Shown here piece after piece: positions 8,481 to 18,694 of a stretch of DNA of 64,000 bases (position 1 is the stretch's first letter; every line of letters starts with the position of its first letter). Made by a program: the position numbers and the translations under genes. Source of the stretch: an uncultured Chloroflexia bacterium (GTDB lineage Bacteria > Chloroflexota > Limnocylindria > Limnocylindrales > CSP1-4); contig CAVVCZ010000007.1 of NCBI GenBank assembly GCA_963746845.1, forward strand, positions 92,938 to 156,937, read 5' to 3'. The notes beneath the pieces were generated by a model. That model made no database searches. It had not been told where the DNA came from and saw only the letters and a list, made by a program, of their open reading frames with translations.

Positions 8481-10400
8481 GTGAGCACGACCTCGCGCGA
8501 AGGGCGGCCGGTCGAGATCGAGCTGAAGTACCGCGTCATCGATCGGCCGGCGGGTGATCACTACCTCGGCGCGGACGACGTCGCCGGGTTCGTCCCCGCG
8601 TCGGCGGTCCGCTCGGCCCAGGTCGAGGATCGCTACATCGACACGGTCGACGGCGCCCTGGCCCGTGCCGGATTCGCGGCGCGGATCCGCCAGACGGCCA
8701 AGACGACGACCGTCGCGGTGAAGTCCGCCATCCGCCGGCGTGACCGGGGCGGCCTCCATCGGCGCGAGGAGCTGGAAGGTCCCGCCGACCGGACCTCGCC
8801 GCCGCGCGACTGGCCCCCGTCCGATGCCCGCTCCCTGATCCTCGAGCAATGCGGCGACGCGCCGCTCGTCGAGGTCGTCACGATCCGTCAGCTTCGCCGG
8901 AAGCGGATCCTCGAGCGCGACGGGACGGCCGTCGAGGTGAGCCTCGACGAGGTGGATGCGGTCACGCGGAGCCGGGTCGTCGGCCGGTTCGTCGAGCTCG
9001 AGTTCGAGCTGGTGCGCGGCGACGAGGCCGCCCTCGTCGACATCGAACGGACCCTCGCCGCCGACCCCGGGCTGGCACCGGCCGATTCGTCGAAGCTGGA
9101 GTCCGCGCTCCGCGCGGTGACCTCGACCGAATCACGCCGCGCCCGGAAGGGCGACCGCCTCCTGCCCCCGGTCGACGTCGACGACGCCGACGGCGAGGCG
9201 GATGCGGACGGCGAGCGCTTCGACGACGGCCAGGACGTCGGCCGGATCGTCGCGGCGGCGCTGGGCGAGGCTGCCCGTACCGCCGAGCCCGCCCCTCCCG
9301 CGAGCGGCGGAGCCACGCCGGCGGCGGCGGCGGCGAAGCGACGCACGGCACCACGGACGGAGCCGGACGTCACACCGGTGATGGCGGGCGCATCCGTGCC
9401 CGAGGCAGCCCCGCCGAAGCCGGTCGCGACGACGCCGGACGATCCGGACGAGCGGCCGCGCCTCGTCGTCGGCAAGACGCCGGGCGTCCTCGCCGACGAC
9501 CACCTCGCCGAGGCAGGCCGGAAGGTGCTCCGCTTCCACCTGGCCCGGATGATCGCCCGCGAGGCCGGCACCCGGACCGGTGACGACCCCGAGGACCTCC
9601 ACGCGATGCGCGTGGCGACCCGTCGCCAGCGGGCCGCGTGGCGGATCTTCGGCGAGGCGTTCCGCGACCGGCGCACGAAGGCCCATCGACGGCGCCTCCG
9701 CGAGGTCGCGTCGCGACTCGGGGCGGTCCGCGATCTCGACGTGCTGCTCGAGGCGATGGACGTCTATCGGGCGGACCTGCCGGTCGTCGAGCAGCGCGCC
9801 CTCGAGCCGCTGGTCGCGGCGTGGCGCGTCCACCGCGACGACGCGCGGGTGCTCCTCCTCCGCGAGCTCGATTCCGACGGATACCGTCGCTGGCTCGACG
9901 ACTACGCGGAGTTCGTCCGGCACGAAGGCCTGGGCGCGCGACCGGTCGCCCCGACCGAGCCGCATCGGGTGCGAGACACCGCCGCGTCACGGGTCCAGGC
10001 CGCCTACGAGCAGGTCCGGGCCTACGAGCCGGTCCTGCGCTGGGCGGATGTCGACACGCTCCACGAGCTCCGGATCGCCGGGAAGTGGCTGCGCTACACG
10101 CTGGAGTTCGTGCGCGAGGCGCTCGGGCCGGACGCGGACGCCCTGATCGGCCGGGTCACGGCCCTCCAGGACCATCTCGGGCTCATGCACGACGCCGACG
10201 TCGCCGCGCACCTGGCGCGCGACTTCCTCCTTGACCACGCAGGCGACCTCAGCGACCTCGAGAGCGGCGCGATCGGGCGCTACCTCGTGAGCCGCGAACG
10301 GGAGGTCAACCGTCTGCGCCGGACCGTCGGCCCGACCTGGCGCGGCGTGAGCGGGATCGGGTTCCGGCGCGGCCTCGGACGGGCGCTCGCGGGTCTCTAG
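8481..10400 (+). CDS. CYTH (triphosphate tunnel) + CHAD (polyP-binding) domain protein
   Basis: N-terminal EIELKY, DRYIDT, VELEFEL, SKLE; CHAD motifs LHAMRVATRR, LGAVRDLDV, LHELRIAGKWLRY, LQDHLG. Confidence 0.92.
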   Translation: MSTTSREGRPVEIELKYRVIDRPAGDHYLGADDVAGFVPASAVRSAQVEDRYIDTVDGALARAGFAARIRQTAKTTTVAVKSAIRRRDRGGLHRREELEGPADRTSPPRDWPPSDARSLILEQCGDAPLVEVVTIRQLRRKRILERDGTAVEVSLDEVDAVTRSRVVGRFVELEFELVRGDEAALVDIERTLAADPGLAPADSSKLESALRAVTSTESRRARKGDRLLPPVDVDDADGEADADGERFDDGQDVGRIVAAALGEAARTAEPAPPASGGATPAAAAAKRRTAPRTEPDVTPVMAGASVPEAAPPKPVATTPDDPDERPRLVVGKTPGVLADDHLAEAGRKVLRFHLARMIAREAGTRTGDDPEDLHAMRVATRRQRAAWRIFGEAFRDRRTKAHRRRLREVASRLGAVRDLDVLLEAMDVYRADLPVVEQRALEPLVAAWRVHRDDARVLLLRELDSDGYRRWLDDYAEFVRHEGLGARPVAPTEPHRVRDTAASRVQAAYEQVRAYEPVLRWADVDTLHELRIAGKWLRYTLEFVREALGPDADALIGRVTALQDHLGLMHDADVAAHLARDFLLDHAGDLSDLESGAIGRYLVSREREVNRLRRTVGPTWRGVSGIGFRRGLGRALAGL

Positions 10401-11347
10401 CTGATCCAGCCGTGGGCCAGCTCCTCGAGCCGGTCCCGCCAGCCCGTCCCGGCCCGGTCCGCCGCGATGATCGCGCCCTCCCGGATGCCGGTGTCGACGA
10501 CGCGACCGGACGGCACGCCGACCCGGTCCAGGATCGCCTCGATGATCGCGGCGCCTCCGGCGAGCAGCCGGATCCGCGCCTCGCGCAGGCCGTACGTGGC
10601 CGCGAGCAGCTCCGCCGGGCCGGACGCCACGATCTCCCGCGCGGTCTCGAGCGCCGCGCGGTCGAGGACGTCGTTCCGCTCCGGGTCGCGGGCGCGGCGC
10701 AGCAGCTTCAGCAGGTTCGTCGCGGTGCCCCCGACGAAGATCACCTCGGTCGGCGGCCGACTCGGCGTCCAGTCGAAGGCCTCCGCGGCGGCCACGTTCA
10801 GCGCCGTGAACTGCTCCAGCGTGGGCGGGTCGCGATCGACGACCCGACGGGAGAGCCGACCCGCCCCGAGCTGGATGCCGGCGGCGCGAGCGAGACGTCC
10901 CGGGCCGATCTCCACGAGTTCGCTCGAGCCGCCGCCGATGTCGACGACGAGGAGATCGCTCTCGACGGCCCGACCGGCCGTCAGTCCGACGAGCGTCAGG
11001 AGCGCCTCCTCCTCGTGCTCGAGGACGCTCAGGGGCGTCCCGGTGCGCGACGAGACCTCGGCGACGATCCGGGTCGCGTCGGCCAGGCGGCGGAGCGGCT
11101 CGGTGCCCATGACGATCGGCTCGCCGACCCCGAGGTCGCGGGCGAGGTCGACATAGGCGCCGACGGTCGAGGCGAGGGTCGCCCGTCCGGCGGGCCCGAG
11201 CGATCCGGAGCCGTCCACGGCGGCGCCGAGCCCGAGGAATGTCGATTCGTCGTCGAGGACGACCAGCCCCGCCCGCTCCGGCCGGGCGATCAGCAGGTGG
11301 ACGGACGTGGAGCCCAGGTCGATGGCGGCACCGGGACGCCGGGACAC
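10397..11347 (-). CDS. ppx: Ppx/GppA family exopolyphosphatase (short form, no HD domain)
   Basis: AIDLGSTSVHL, TEPLRR, EEEALLT, DIGGGSSE, VGGTATN, GIREG. Confidence 0.88.
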   Translation of the reverse strand: MSRRPGAAIDLGSTSVHLLIARPERAGLVVLDDESTFLGLGAAVDGSGSLGPAGRATLASTVGAYVDLARDLGVGEPIVMGTEPLRRLADATRIVAEVSSRTGTPLSVLEHEEEALLTLVGLTAGRAVESDLLVVDIGGGSSELVEIGPGRLARAAGIQLGAGRLSRRVVDRDPPTLEQFTALNVAAAEAFDWTPSRPPTEVIFVGGTATNLLKLLRRARDPERNDVLDRAALETAREIVASGPAELLAATYGLREARIRLLAGGAAIIEAILDRVGVPSGRVVDTGIREGAIIAADRAGTGWRDRLEELAHGWIS

Positions 11348-11403
11348 GGGTGGGCTGCCCCCTCAGGGGGTGGTCCGGGGACCGAACGCGGCGGCGTGCG
11401 CGC

Positions 11404-11812
11404 TCAGGACGAGCTGCTCGTGCCGCCGGCCGAGCGTCGTCGGCCGGTCGCCGCCGGGGCCGGGGCCCGCTTCCCCATCGGGACCCTCTTTGCCGCCGGG
11501 GCGGCCTTCGATGCTCGCGGTCGCGCCGCCGGAGCGCGCCGGCCGGGCCTGCAGCTCGCGGATCGCGTCGAGCAGCGCGCTGAGCTCGGTGATCTCGTCC
11601 CGGACCTCCGCCAGCCGGGTCGCCCGCTTGTCGCGGTTCCGTTTCGTCGCCTTCTCGAGTCGCGATGCGCGCCAGGTCTCCTCCGATCGGGCGGCGCCGA
11701 GGGCGAACTCGAGCCACTCGACGTGACGGGCGAGCGCCGCTGCGGGCGTCATCACGGGCGCCGGCGCGGCGGCTGCGGTCTCGGATGCCGGCGTCGCCGG
11801 TTGCTCGGTCAT
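11404..11812 (-). CDS. Hypothetical basic coiled-coil protein with Lys/Arg/Ala-rich tail (probable 1-nt indel near 11510)
   Basis: SD GAGGAGG before ATG 11812; HVEWLEFALGAARSEETWR..KATKRNRDKRATRL; shifted frame gives SKAAPAAKRVPMGKRAPAPAATGRRRS..TGA 11404 (unshifted frame stops at 11363). Confidence 0.7.
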
Positions 11813-11879
11813 CGTGCCTCCTCGTCGGGCCCCCTGCGCATTCTCGCCGACCGGGCGCCGCGGAGTCTCGGGCGCCCGG

Positions 11880-11897
11880 GTTAACGCGAGGTTATCG
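11880..11897 (-). promoter_or_regulatory. Candidate PHO box (11-bp direct repeat GATAACC-N4-GTTAACC on minus strand)
   Basis: gttaacgcgaggttatc is nearly identical to 34140-34156; lies upstream of the hypothetical-ppx genes. Confidence 0.6.
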
Positions 11898-11910
11898 GCA
11901 CGGGACACCC

Positions 11911-12618
11911 CTACAGCGCCAGGAACACCCCCATGACGATGAGCCAGAGCGACCAGGCGATGTAGGCGATCGGCACGATCGTCCCGGCCAGCGGCCAGCC
12001 ATCGCGCTCGTTCGGGCCGACGAACTCGAGCGTGCCGACGAGGAGCGCGAGCCCGATCGGGACGGCCAGCCAGCCGAGCCATGCCGGCAGCGGTGTCGTC
12101 GTGACGATCGAGGCGGCCACGGCCAGGGTCCACAGGCCGGTGAACAGGTACCCGAGGTGCTCGCCGATCCCCACGCCGAGCAGGCGATGGAGCGTCGCGA
12201 AGATCGTCTCGACCGTCCGGCGCTCCGCCGCGGCGTCAGCGGGCGATCGATCGGGCGCGTCCGCCGCAACGTACCGTCGCGCGAGCTCGGGGACCGCGAA
12301 CGGCCAGCGCACCAGTCCGAGCGCCTGGACCAGGGCCGCGGCGGCGCCGAGCGTGATCGCGAGGGCCGTCCAGACCGGCGCGGCGCCGAGCGCCACCGCG
12401 AGCAGGACCGCGAGCGGCAGCATCGCGAGCGCGCTCACGAGCAGCGCCTCCCAGCGGAGGATCAGCCCCGACCCGCCGGCATGGAACCGGCGAAGGATCT
12501 CGTCCGGTGCGCGACGGAGGATGTCCGGGTAGTCGAACGCCCGGCCCAGCGAGAAGAACGCCAGGTTGAACGCGATCGGCACGACGATCAGCAGGACGGC
12601 GGTCACGGTCTCGACCAT
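11911..12618 (-). CDS. DUF4386 family membrane protein
   Basis: FDYPDILR, GLVRWPFAVPELA, GVGIGEHLGYLFTGLW; multiple TM helices; TACACT 6 nt upstream of ATG. Confidence 0.85.
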   Translation of the reverse strand: MVETVTAVLLIVVPIAFNLAFFSLGRAFDYPDILRRAPDEILRRFHAGGSGLILRWEALLVSALAMLPLAVLLAVALGAAPVWTALAITLGAAAALVQALGLVRWPFAVPELARRYVAADAPDRSPADAAAERRTVETIFATLHRLLGVGIGEHLGYLFTGLWTLAVAASIVTTTPLPAWLGWLAVPIGLALLVGTLEFVGPNERDGWPLAGTIVPIAYIAWSLWLIVMGVFLAL

Positions 12619-12831
12619 CGCGGGAGTGTATCGGCCGGCCTCGGCCCCGTGTTGTTGACCCGCTGCAAACATCGCGGAAATCCGCGCCCTCGACGCTCTC
12701 GGGGGACCTCGATTCCGATCCGGCGGTCGTGCTCGGAGCGACGGCCGGTCCCTCCTCCTGGCCGGTGTGCTGCTCGGGCACACCGGCCAGCCTCGTTTCC
12801 GGGTAAGCGGACGTCGCGGAACCCCCGACCT

Positions 12832-12872
12832 GTTAATCGATGCTTAACACCGTACAAAGCGACGGTTGACCC
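12832..12872 (+). promoter_or_regulatory. Candidate PHO box array upstream of pstS
   Basis: GTTAATC (12832), CTTAACA (12843) and GTTGACC (12865) sit on an 11-nt register. Confidence 0.65.
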
Positions 12873-12962
12873 ACGCTCGGCACGGTTCAGCCGTTGTCAC
12901 GAGGCCGAGTCACGCCGTGACCGAACACCGTCGGCTCCCCAGGCCGGCGGAGAGGAGGACAC

Positions 12963-14201
12963 TTGATCGCGAGATCCCGCGTCGGCGCCGCCCTGACCGT
13001 CGCCAGCCTGTTCGTCGTCGCCGCCTGCAGCGGCGGTACCCTCAGTCCATCACCGTCCGCCGCAGCCCCGTCGACGGTAGCAAGTGCTCCCGCAGACACT
13101 GGCGCTCCCTCTGGAGGAGCTCCCTCCGCATCGGTGGCAGCGCCGTCGGCCCAGGCAATCTCCTACCGCTGCTCGAAGGGCGACGGCCAGCTGAACGGCG
13201 CCGGATCGACATTCATCTTCCCGCTCATGCTCGAAGTGGGGCGACGACTACAACACCAAGTGCGGCGTCAAGACTCAACTACCAGTCGATCGGCTCCGGC
13301 GGTGGCGTCGAAGGGCTGGACGCAGAACACCGTCGACTTCGGTGCCTCCGACGCCTACCTCCAGGACGAGCGAGATCGCGGCCGCGGCCAAGAACGGCGA
13401 GCCGGTCGAGATCCCGGTCACCTTCGGGGCGGTGGTGGTCGCCTACAACCTGAAGGGCCTGTCGGCGCCGCTCAAGATGACGCCGGACATCGTCGCGAAC
13501 CTGTTCCTGGGCAAGATCGCGAAGTGGAACGACCCTCGATCGCCGCGGCGAACCCGGGCGTGAACGCTGCCGGACATGGATGTCAGCGTCGTCCACCGCT
13601 CGGACGGGTCGGGCACCACGAGCATCTTCACCAACGTACCTGACGAAGGTCGAGCCCGGACTGGGTCACGACCGTCGGGGCCGGCGACCCGAAGAAGTCG
13701 GCCGGGCAAGACGGTCGGAATGGCCGACGGGTCTCGGGCGCGAGCGGCAATGAGGGCGTCACCCAGGGGATCACCCAGACCGAGGGCGGGCGTCGGGTAC
13801 ATCGAGCTCGCGTACGCTCTGAAGAACAAGATCCCGTTCGCGGATGTGGCGAACAAGTCCGGCGCGTTCGTCACGCCGTCGCTCGACTCGGTCGAAAGCG
13901 GCCGCCGACCTGCCCGAGCTACCCGGCCGACCTGCGGTTCGACCTGGTCGACACTCGACTCCCCGCACGGGCTATCCGATCACCGGGCACGACCTGGCTG
14001 ATCATCTACAAGGACCTGTCGAAGGTGCTCAAGACCCAGGATCGAGCGACCTCGTTGGCCGACTTTCTCTGGTGGGCGATCCACGAAGGCCAGGACAGTG
14101 CCGCGCCACTCTTCTATGCGGCGATCCCGGCAGGCCTGCTTCCGCAGGACGAGGCGGCCGTGAAGTCGCTCAACTGGGGCGGCCAGGCGCTGCTGCCATA
14201 G
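12963..14201 (+). CDS. pstS: Phosphate ABC transporter substrate-binding lipoprotein, several frameshifts
   Basis: SD GAGGAGG, lipobox VAAC, GAGSTF, NYQSIGSGGG, DFGASD, VHRSDGSGTT, GYIELAYA, YPITG spread over frames; stop TAG 14199-14201. Confidence 0.93.
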
Positions 14202-14220
14202 TCTTCGATCCTCCTGTCAC

Positions 14221-14261
14221 GACGCCGGCCCCCGGCATCCCGCGACGCCCGGGGCGGCGTC
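14221..14261 (+). terminator. GC-rich stem-loop between pstS and pstC (mRNA stabiliser or attenuator)
   Basis: GACGCCG..CCCCGG loop CCGGGG..CGGCGTC inverted repeat; no U-tract. Confidence 0.45.
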
Positions 14262-14311
14262 ATCATTCCGGGAACCTACCCACTACATCGGGACGTGAGA
14301 CGCTGCCGCAG

Positions 14312-15279
14312 ATGACGACCGTCGGTCAGGGCTTCGAGCAACGGCGATTGACCAAGCGTTCCGTCGTGACCGGGGACCTCGTGTTCCGCGTGTTCACCGC
14401 CGCGCTGACATTCGCGGTTGTGCTCTTGATCAGCTTGATGGTCTACAAGAGCGTCGTGACCACCGTCCCGGTCTTCGACAAGTTCGGCGTTGTCGGCTTC
14501 GTCACCGGGACGCGATGGTCCCCGTCATTCGGAATCTACGGGGCCTTGCCGTTCATCTACGGGACGGTCCTGACCAGCGCAATGGCGCTCCTGATCGCAG
14601 TTCCGATCGCGCTTGGGATTGCGCTCCTCGTCACGGAGATGCTACCGCGACGGATCGCCGGGCCCGTGGCCGTCGCCGTTGACCTGCTGGCCGCCATCCC
14701 GTCGGTCGTCTGGGGCCTGTGGGGGCTGCTCGTGCTCGTCCCGTTCCTGAGACCAATCGAGACGGCGATCGCCGGAAGCATCGGCCAGCTCATCCCGTTC
14801 CTTGGACCGCCCACGCCGGGACCCAGCTACTTCGCCGCCGGCGTCATCGTCGCGTTCATGATCATCCCGATCGTCGCCGCCGTCACCCGGGAGGTCTTCG
14901 CGGCCACCCCGCGGCTCCAGCGGGAGGCAGCCCTCGCCCTGGGCGGGACTCGCTGGGACGTCATCCGCCACGTCGTCGTCCCGATCGGGCGAACCGGCAT
15001 CCAGGCGGCGGTGATCCTCGGGCTCGGACGGGCGATCGGCGAGACCATCGCGGTCACGCTCGTGATCGGGAACTCAACGAAGATCGGACCTCGATCTTTT
15101 CGCCAGGATTCTCGCTGGCCTCGGTCATCGCCAACGAGTTCAACGAAGCGACCGAGCCGCTCCATCCGGAGTCGCTCATCACGCTGGGGGTCGTTCTGCT
15201 CGCGATCGCGGTGATCGTGAACGGTGCAGGTGTCGCCGTGCGTAGGCGCTTCGAGCAAGGTTCTGGCCGTGCTGGCTGA
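14312..15279 (+). CDS. pstC: Phosphate ABC transporter permease PstC (frameshift near 15090)
   Basis: GALPFIYGTVLTS, DLLAAIPSVVWGLWG, EAALALGGTRWD, LGLGRAIGETIAV, LASVIANEFNEA. Confidence 0.95.
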
Positions 15280-16162
15280 TCCGACGCTCGTGTTCCGGCC
15301 GACGGGCCGCAGTCGCCTGGCAAGAGCCCGGCTGGTCTAGGTTCTCGCCGTCATCGCGCTGGTCGCTGCCCTGATCCCTCTGGTTTCCATCTTGACATTC
15401 CTCATCAGCCAGGGCATTGGCGTCATCCGGCTCGAGTTCCTCACCGAGGACCCGCCAGGGCGATCTGAGCCAGGTCGGCGGCGGGATCCGGAATGCGGTT
15501 GTCGGCTCGCTCATGATGACCGGGCTTGCGACGATCTTCGCAGTGCCAGCCGGGATCCTCATCGCGGTCTTCAACCGGGAGATTGGAGGACGGCCGGCCG
15601 TCGCCATCCGCTTCCTGATGGACGTGCTCGTGGCGCTGCCGTCGATCGTGGTCGGGATCTTCGTCTACGAACTCGTCGTCGTCGCCCAGGGCCACTTCTC
15701 GGGGTTTGCCGGCTCGGTCGCTCTCGCGATCATCATGCTTCCGATCATCGTCATCTCGACCGAGGAGATGCTGCGCCTCGTTCCCGGCCCGGTTTCCGAA
15801 GGCGTCCGCGCCCTTGGGCTGACACGCTGGCGTTCGTACCTCGTCGGTGATCATTCCGACGGCGCTGTCGGGGATCTTCACGGGCATCCTGCTCGCGGTC
15901 TCGCGCGCCATCGGCGAGACGGCGCCGCTGATCTTCACGGCGCTCGGCAACAACTTCTTCACCCTGGACTTCAGCGAGCCCATGCAGGCGTTGCCGCTGT
16001 TGATCTATCGGAATGCGCTCAATTCCGCATTCCCGCGGCGCGCGACCGTGCGATGGGCGCTGCCCTTGTCCTCGTGGTGATCGTGCTCATCTTCAATCTT
16101 GTTGGCCGGTGGCTGGTGAGCAGACGTCTCGCCGAGCGACCGGCGCCAGTGAGCGGAACTGA
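15269..16162 (+). CDS. pstA: Phosphate ABC transporter permease PstA (multiple frameshifts; ends approximate)
   Basis: GGIRNAVVGS, DVLVALPSIVVGIF, LAVSRAIGETAPL, ALPLLIY; GTG 15269 overlaps the pstC end. Confidence 0.9.
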
Positions 16163-16169
16163 GGTGCAG

Positions 16170-17020
16170 ATGATCGCCGAGCTTGAACCCGATCCCGCTG
16201 ACGTGTCCGCCGCCGTCCCGCAGGCGGCCATCGAGGTGGCGCCCAGGGATACGGACAATGTCCTGACCCTCGAGCATCTCGATGCCTATTACGGCAGCCG
16301 AAAGGTCGTCCGTGACGTGACGCTCGGCGTTCGGACGAACGCGATCACGGCGATCATCGGCCCGTCAGGAAGCGGCAAGTCCACGATGCTTCGATGCATC
16401 GACCGGATGCACGAAGTCATTCCGGGAGCCAGCGCGACCGGCACGATCCAGTATCGCGGAATCGACTCTATGGAGATGGGATCGATCCTGCAGCTGTTCG
16501 CCGGACGATCGGCATGGTCTTCCAGCAGCCGAACCCGTTCCCGACAAGTCGATCTTCGACAATGTCGTGGCCGCTCGGTTCAACGGCCTGGTCAAGGGCA
16601 AGACAGCGCGACGAGCTCGTCGAGACGAAGCCTTCGTCAGGCCGCCCTCTGGGACGAGGTCAAGGACAAGCTCAAGCAGAGCGGGCTCTCCCTGTCGGGC
16701 GGACAGCAACAGCGTCTCTGCATCGCGCGCGCGATTGCACGGAGCCGGAGATGCTCCTGATGGACGAGCCGTGCTCGGCCCTCGATCCGCGCGCCACGCT
16801 TCAGATCGAGCAGCTGATGACCGAGCTCAAGGCCCGCTACACGATCGTCATCGTGACCCACAACATGCAGCAGGCTGCCCGTGCATCGGACCGGACGGCG
16901 TTCCTGACGATGGGCGAGGATCGAGCAGGCTACGTCGTGGAGGAGGGTCGGACGGCCGACATCTTCACGAACCCGAAGCACCAGCTCACCGAGGACTATG
17001 TGTCGGGCCGATTCGGATGA
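16170..17020 (+). CDS. pstB: Phosphate ABC transporter ATPase PstB (frameshifts)
   Basis: GPSGSGKST, GMVFQQPNPFP, LSGGQQQRLCIAR, MDEPCSALDP, VTHNMQQAAR, YVSGRFG. Confidence 0.95.
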
Positions 17021-17046
17021 GCGAACGAGAGGCTGAGGACTGACCC

Positions 17047-17807
17047 ATGACCGACGATCCGAACGCCCAACGCTCGTCCCATGCATCTCCCGTCATCGCG
17101 GCGGCGATGACGGTTGTGCGGAAGCGGCCGATTCATACAACGAAGCCCATCCGCCGCGTCCGAGCCTCGACCTGGACATGCGCGAGATCAAGGACGACAT
17201 CCTCCGGATGGGCTCCTATGTGGAGGAGGCGATTCGAGCCGCGATGGCCGCCCTCGTTGCGCACGACGCGGCGTCCGCGACGGCCGTCATCGTCGCCGAC
17301 GCGAAGATCAATGAGATGCAACGGGAAGTCACGGGCCTGATCACCCGGACGATCGCGATGCAGTCGCCCGTCGCGCGCGATCTCCGGTTCCTGCTCGCGC
17401 TCGACCACGTCAGCTACGAGCTCGAGCGGATGGGCGACCACGCCGCTTCTGTCGCGAAGCAGGTCCGCAAGCTCGCCCCCTACCCGCCCCTGAAGCGCTA
17501 TGTCGACCTCCCGGCAATGGGCGACCTCGCCGCGACGCTCGTCGGCAACATCCTCCTGGCGCTGGTCGACGTCGATGTCGATGCGGCACGGCGCGTCGCG
17601 GCGCGCGACGACGAGATCGACGACCTCTACCACAGGACCTTCGCCGAGGTCGTCGAGCTGATGCGGGCGGACCCGGACAACGTCGAACGCGGCACCCGGA
17701 TCCTGTTCGCCTCGCACTACGTCGAGCGGATCGGCGACCGGGTCACGAACATCGCCGAGGACGTGGTCTTCCTCGCGAGCGGCGAGATCGAGGACCTCAA
17801 TCCATGA
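17047..17807 (+). CDS. phoU: Phosphate signalling complex protein PhoU (likely indel near 17150; core ORF 17178-17807)
   Basis: SPVARDLRF, ELERMGDHA, DDEIDDLY, ERIGDRVTNIAE. Confidence 0.95.
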
Positions 17808-18250
17808 CGGAACCGACCAGGGTCCTGTTCGTCTCGACCGGCGGTGCCTGCCGGGCGATCTTCGCCCAGGCCCTCCTCCGGCACGTCGGCGGCGGGGCCT
17901 TCGACGCCTGGGCGTGCGGGACCGATCCGGCCCCGATCGATCCGCTGACGATCCAGGTCCTCCAGGAGGCCGGGATCGACGGTTCCGGGCTCGAGCCGAG
18001 GGCCCTGAGCGAGGTGCTCGGCAAGCCGTTCGACTACGTCATCACGGTCTGCGACGACGCCCGGCTCGCCTGTCCGGTCTTCCCCGGCGCCGACCACTCG
18101 ATGCATTGGGGCTACCCGAGTCCGGCGAAGGTCCAGGACCCCGCGGAGCGCAGGGCGGCGTTCGAGCGCGTCTTCATCCTCCTCGGCGAGCGGATTCGCC
18201 AGTTCGTTCTGCTCACCGAGCGGATCCAGCCCGCGGCCGCGGCGCACTAG
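17804..18250 (+). CDS. ArsC/LMW-PTP family protein with nucleophile Cys replaced by Ser (predicted inactive)
   Basis: VLFVSTGGACRA (canonical CTGNSCRS), FDYVITVCDDARLACPVFPG, HWGYPSP (canonical DP). Confidence 0.88.
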   Translation: MTEPTRVLFVSTGGACRAIFAQALLRHVGGGAFDAWACGTDPAPIDPLTIQVLQEAGIDGSGLEPRALSEVLGKPFDYVITVCDDARLACPVFPGADHSMHWGYPSPAKVQDPAERRAAFERVFILLGERIRQFVLLTERIQPAAAAH

Positions 18251-18253
18251 GCG

Positions 18254-18694
18254 ATGGGGCCGGTCGCCGCCGATCCGGTCCGGATCCTCGTCCTCTGCAC
18301 CGGGAACTCGTGCCGGTCGATCCTCGCCGAGGCGCTGTTCCGCGAGCTCGGCGGGGCCCGGGTCGCGGTGGAGTCGGCGGGAAGCCATCCCGCCGGCCGC
18401 GTCGACCCGCGCACGATCCGCGTCCTCGATGAGGCGGGCATCGATCACGCCTGGGCCCGATCGAAGTCGATGACCGAGCTCTTCGACCGGCCGTTCGACC
18501 ATGTGATCACCGTCTGCGACGACGCAGCCGAGGCATGCCCCGTCTTTCCGGGCCCGGCCGTGCGGACCCACTGGAGCATCCCCGATCCCGTCGACGCCAC
18601 CGGGAGCGACGAGGAGCAGCTCGCCGTCTACCGCGCGACGATGGCCGATCTACGCGAGCGGATCACCGCGTTCGTCGCTACCCTCGACACGTGA
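18254..18694 (+). CDS. arsC: Thioredoxin-coupled arsenate reductase (LMW-PTP fold)
   Basis: LCTGNSCRS, SAGS, VITVCDDAAEACPVFPG, HWSIPDP. Confidence 0.9.
   Translation: MGPVAADPVRILVLCTGNSCRSILAEALFRELGGARVAVESAGSHPAGRVDPRTIRVLDEAGIDHAWARSKSMTELFDRPFDHVITVCDDAAEACPVFPGPAVRTHWSIPDPVDATGSDEEQLAVYRATMADLRERITAFVATLDT

Noticed and set aside
15417-16760. Apparent PstA-PstB fusion ORF
   Set aside because: Frames wander because of indels; pstB has its own SD (GAGGT) and ATG at 16170
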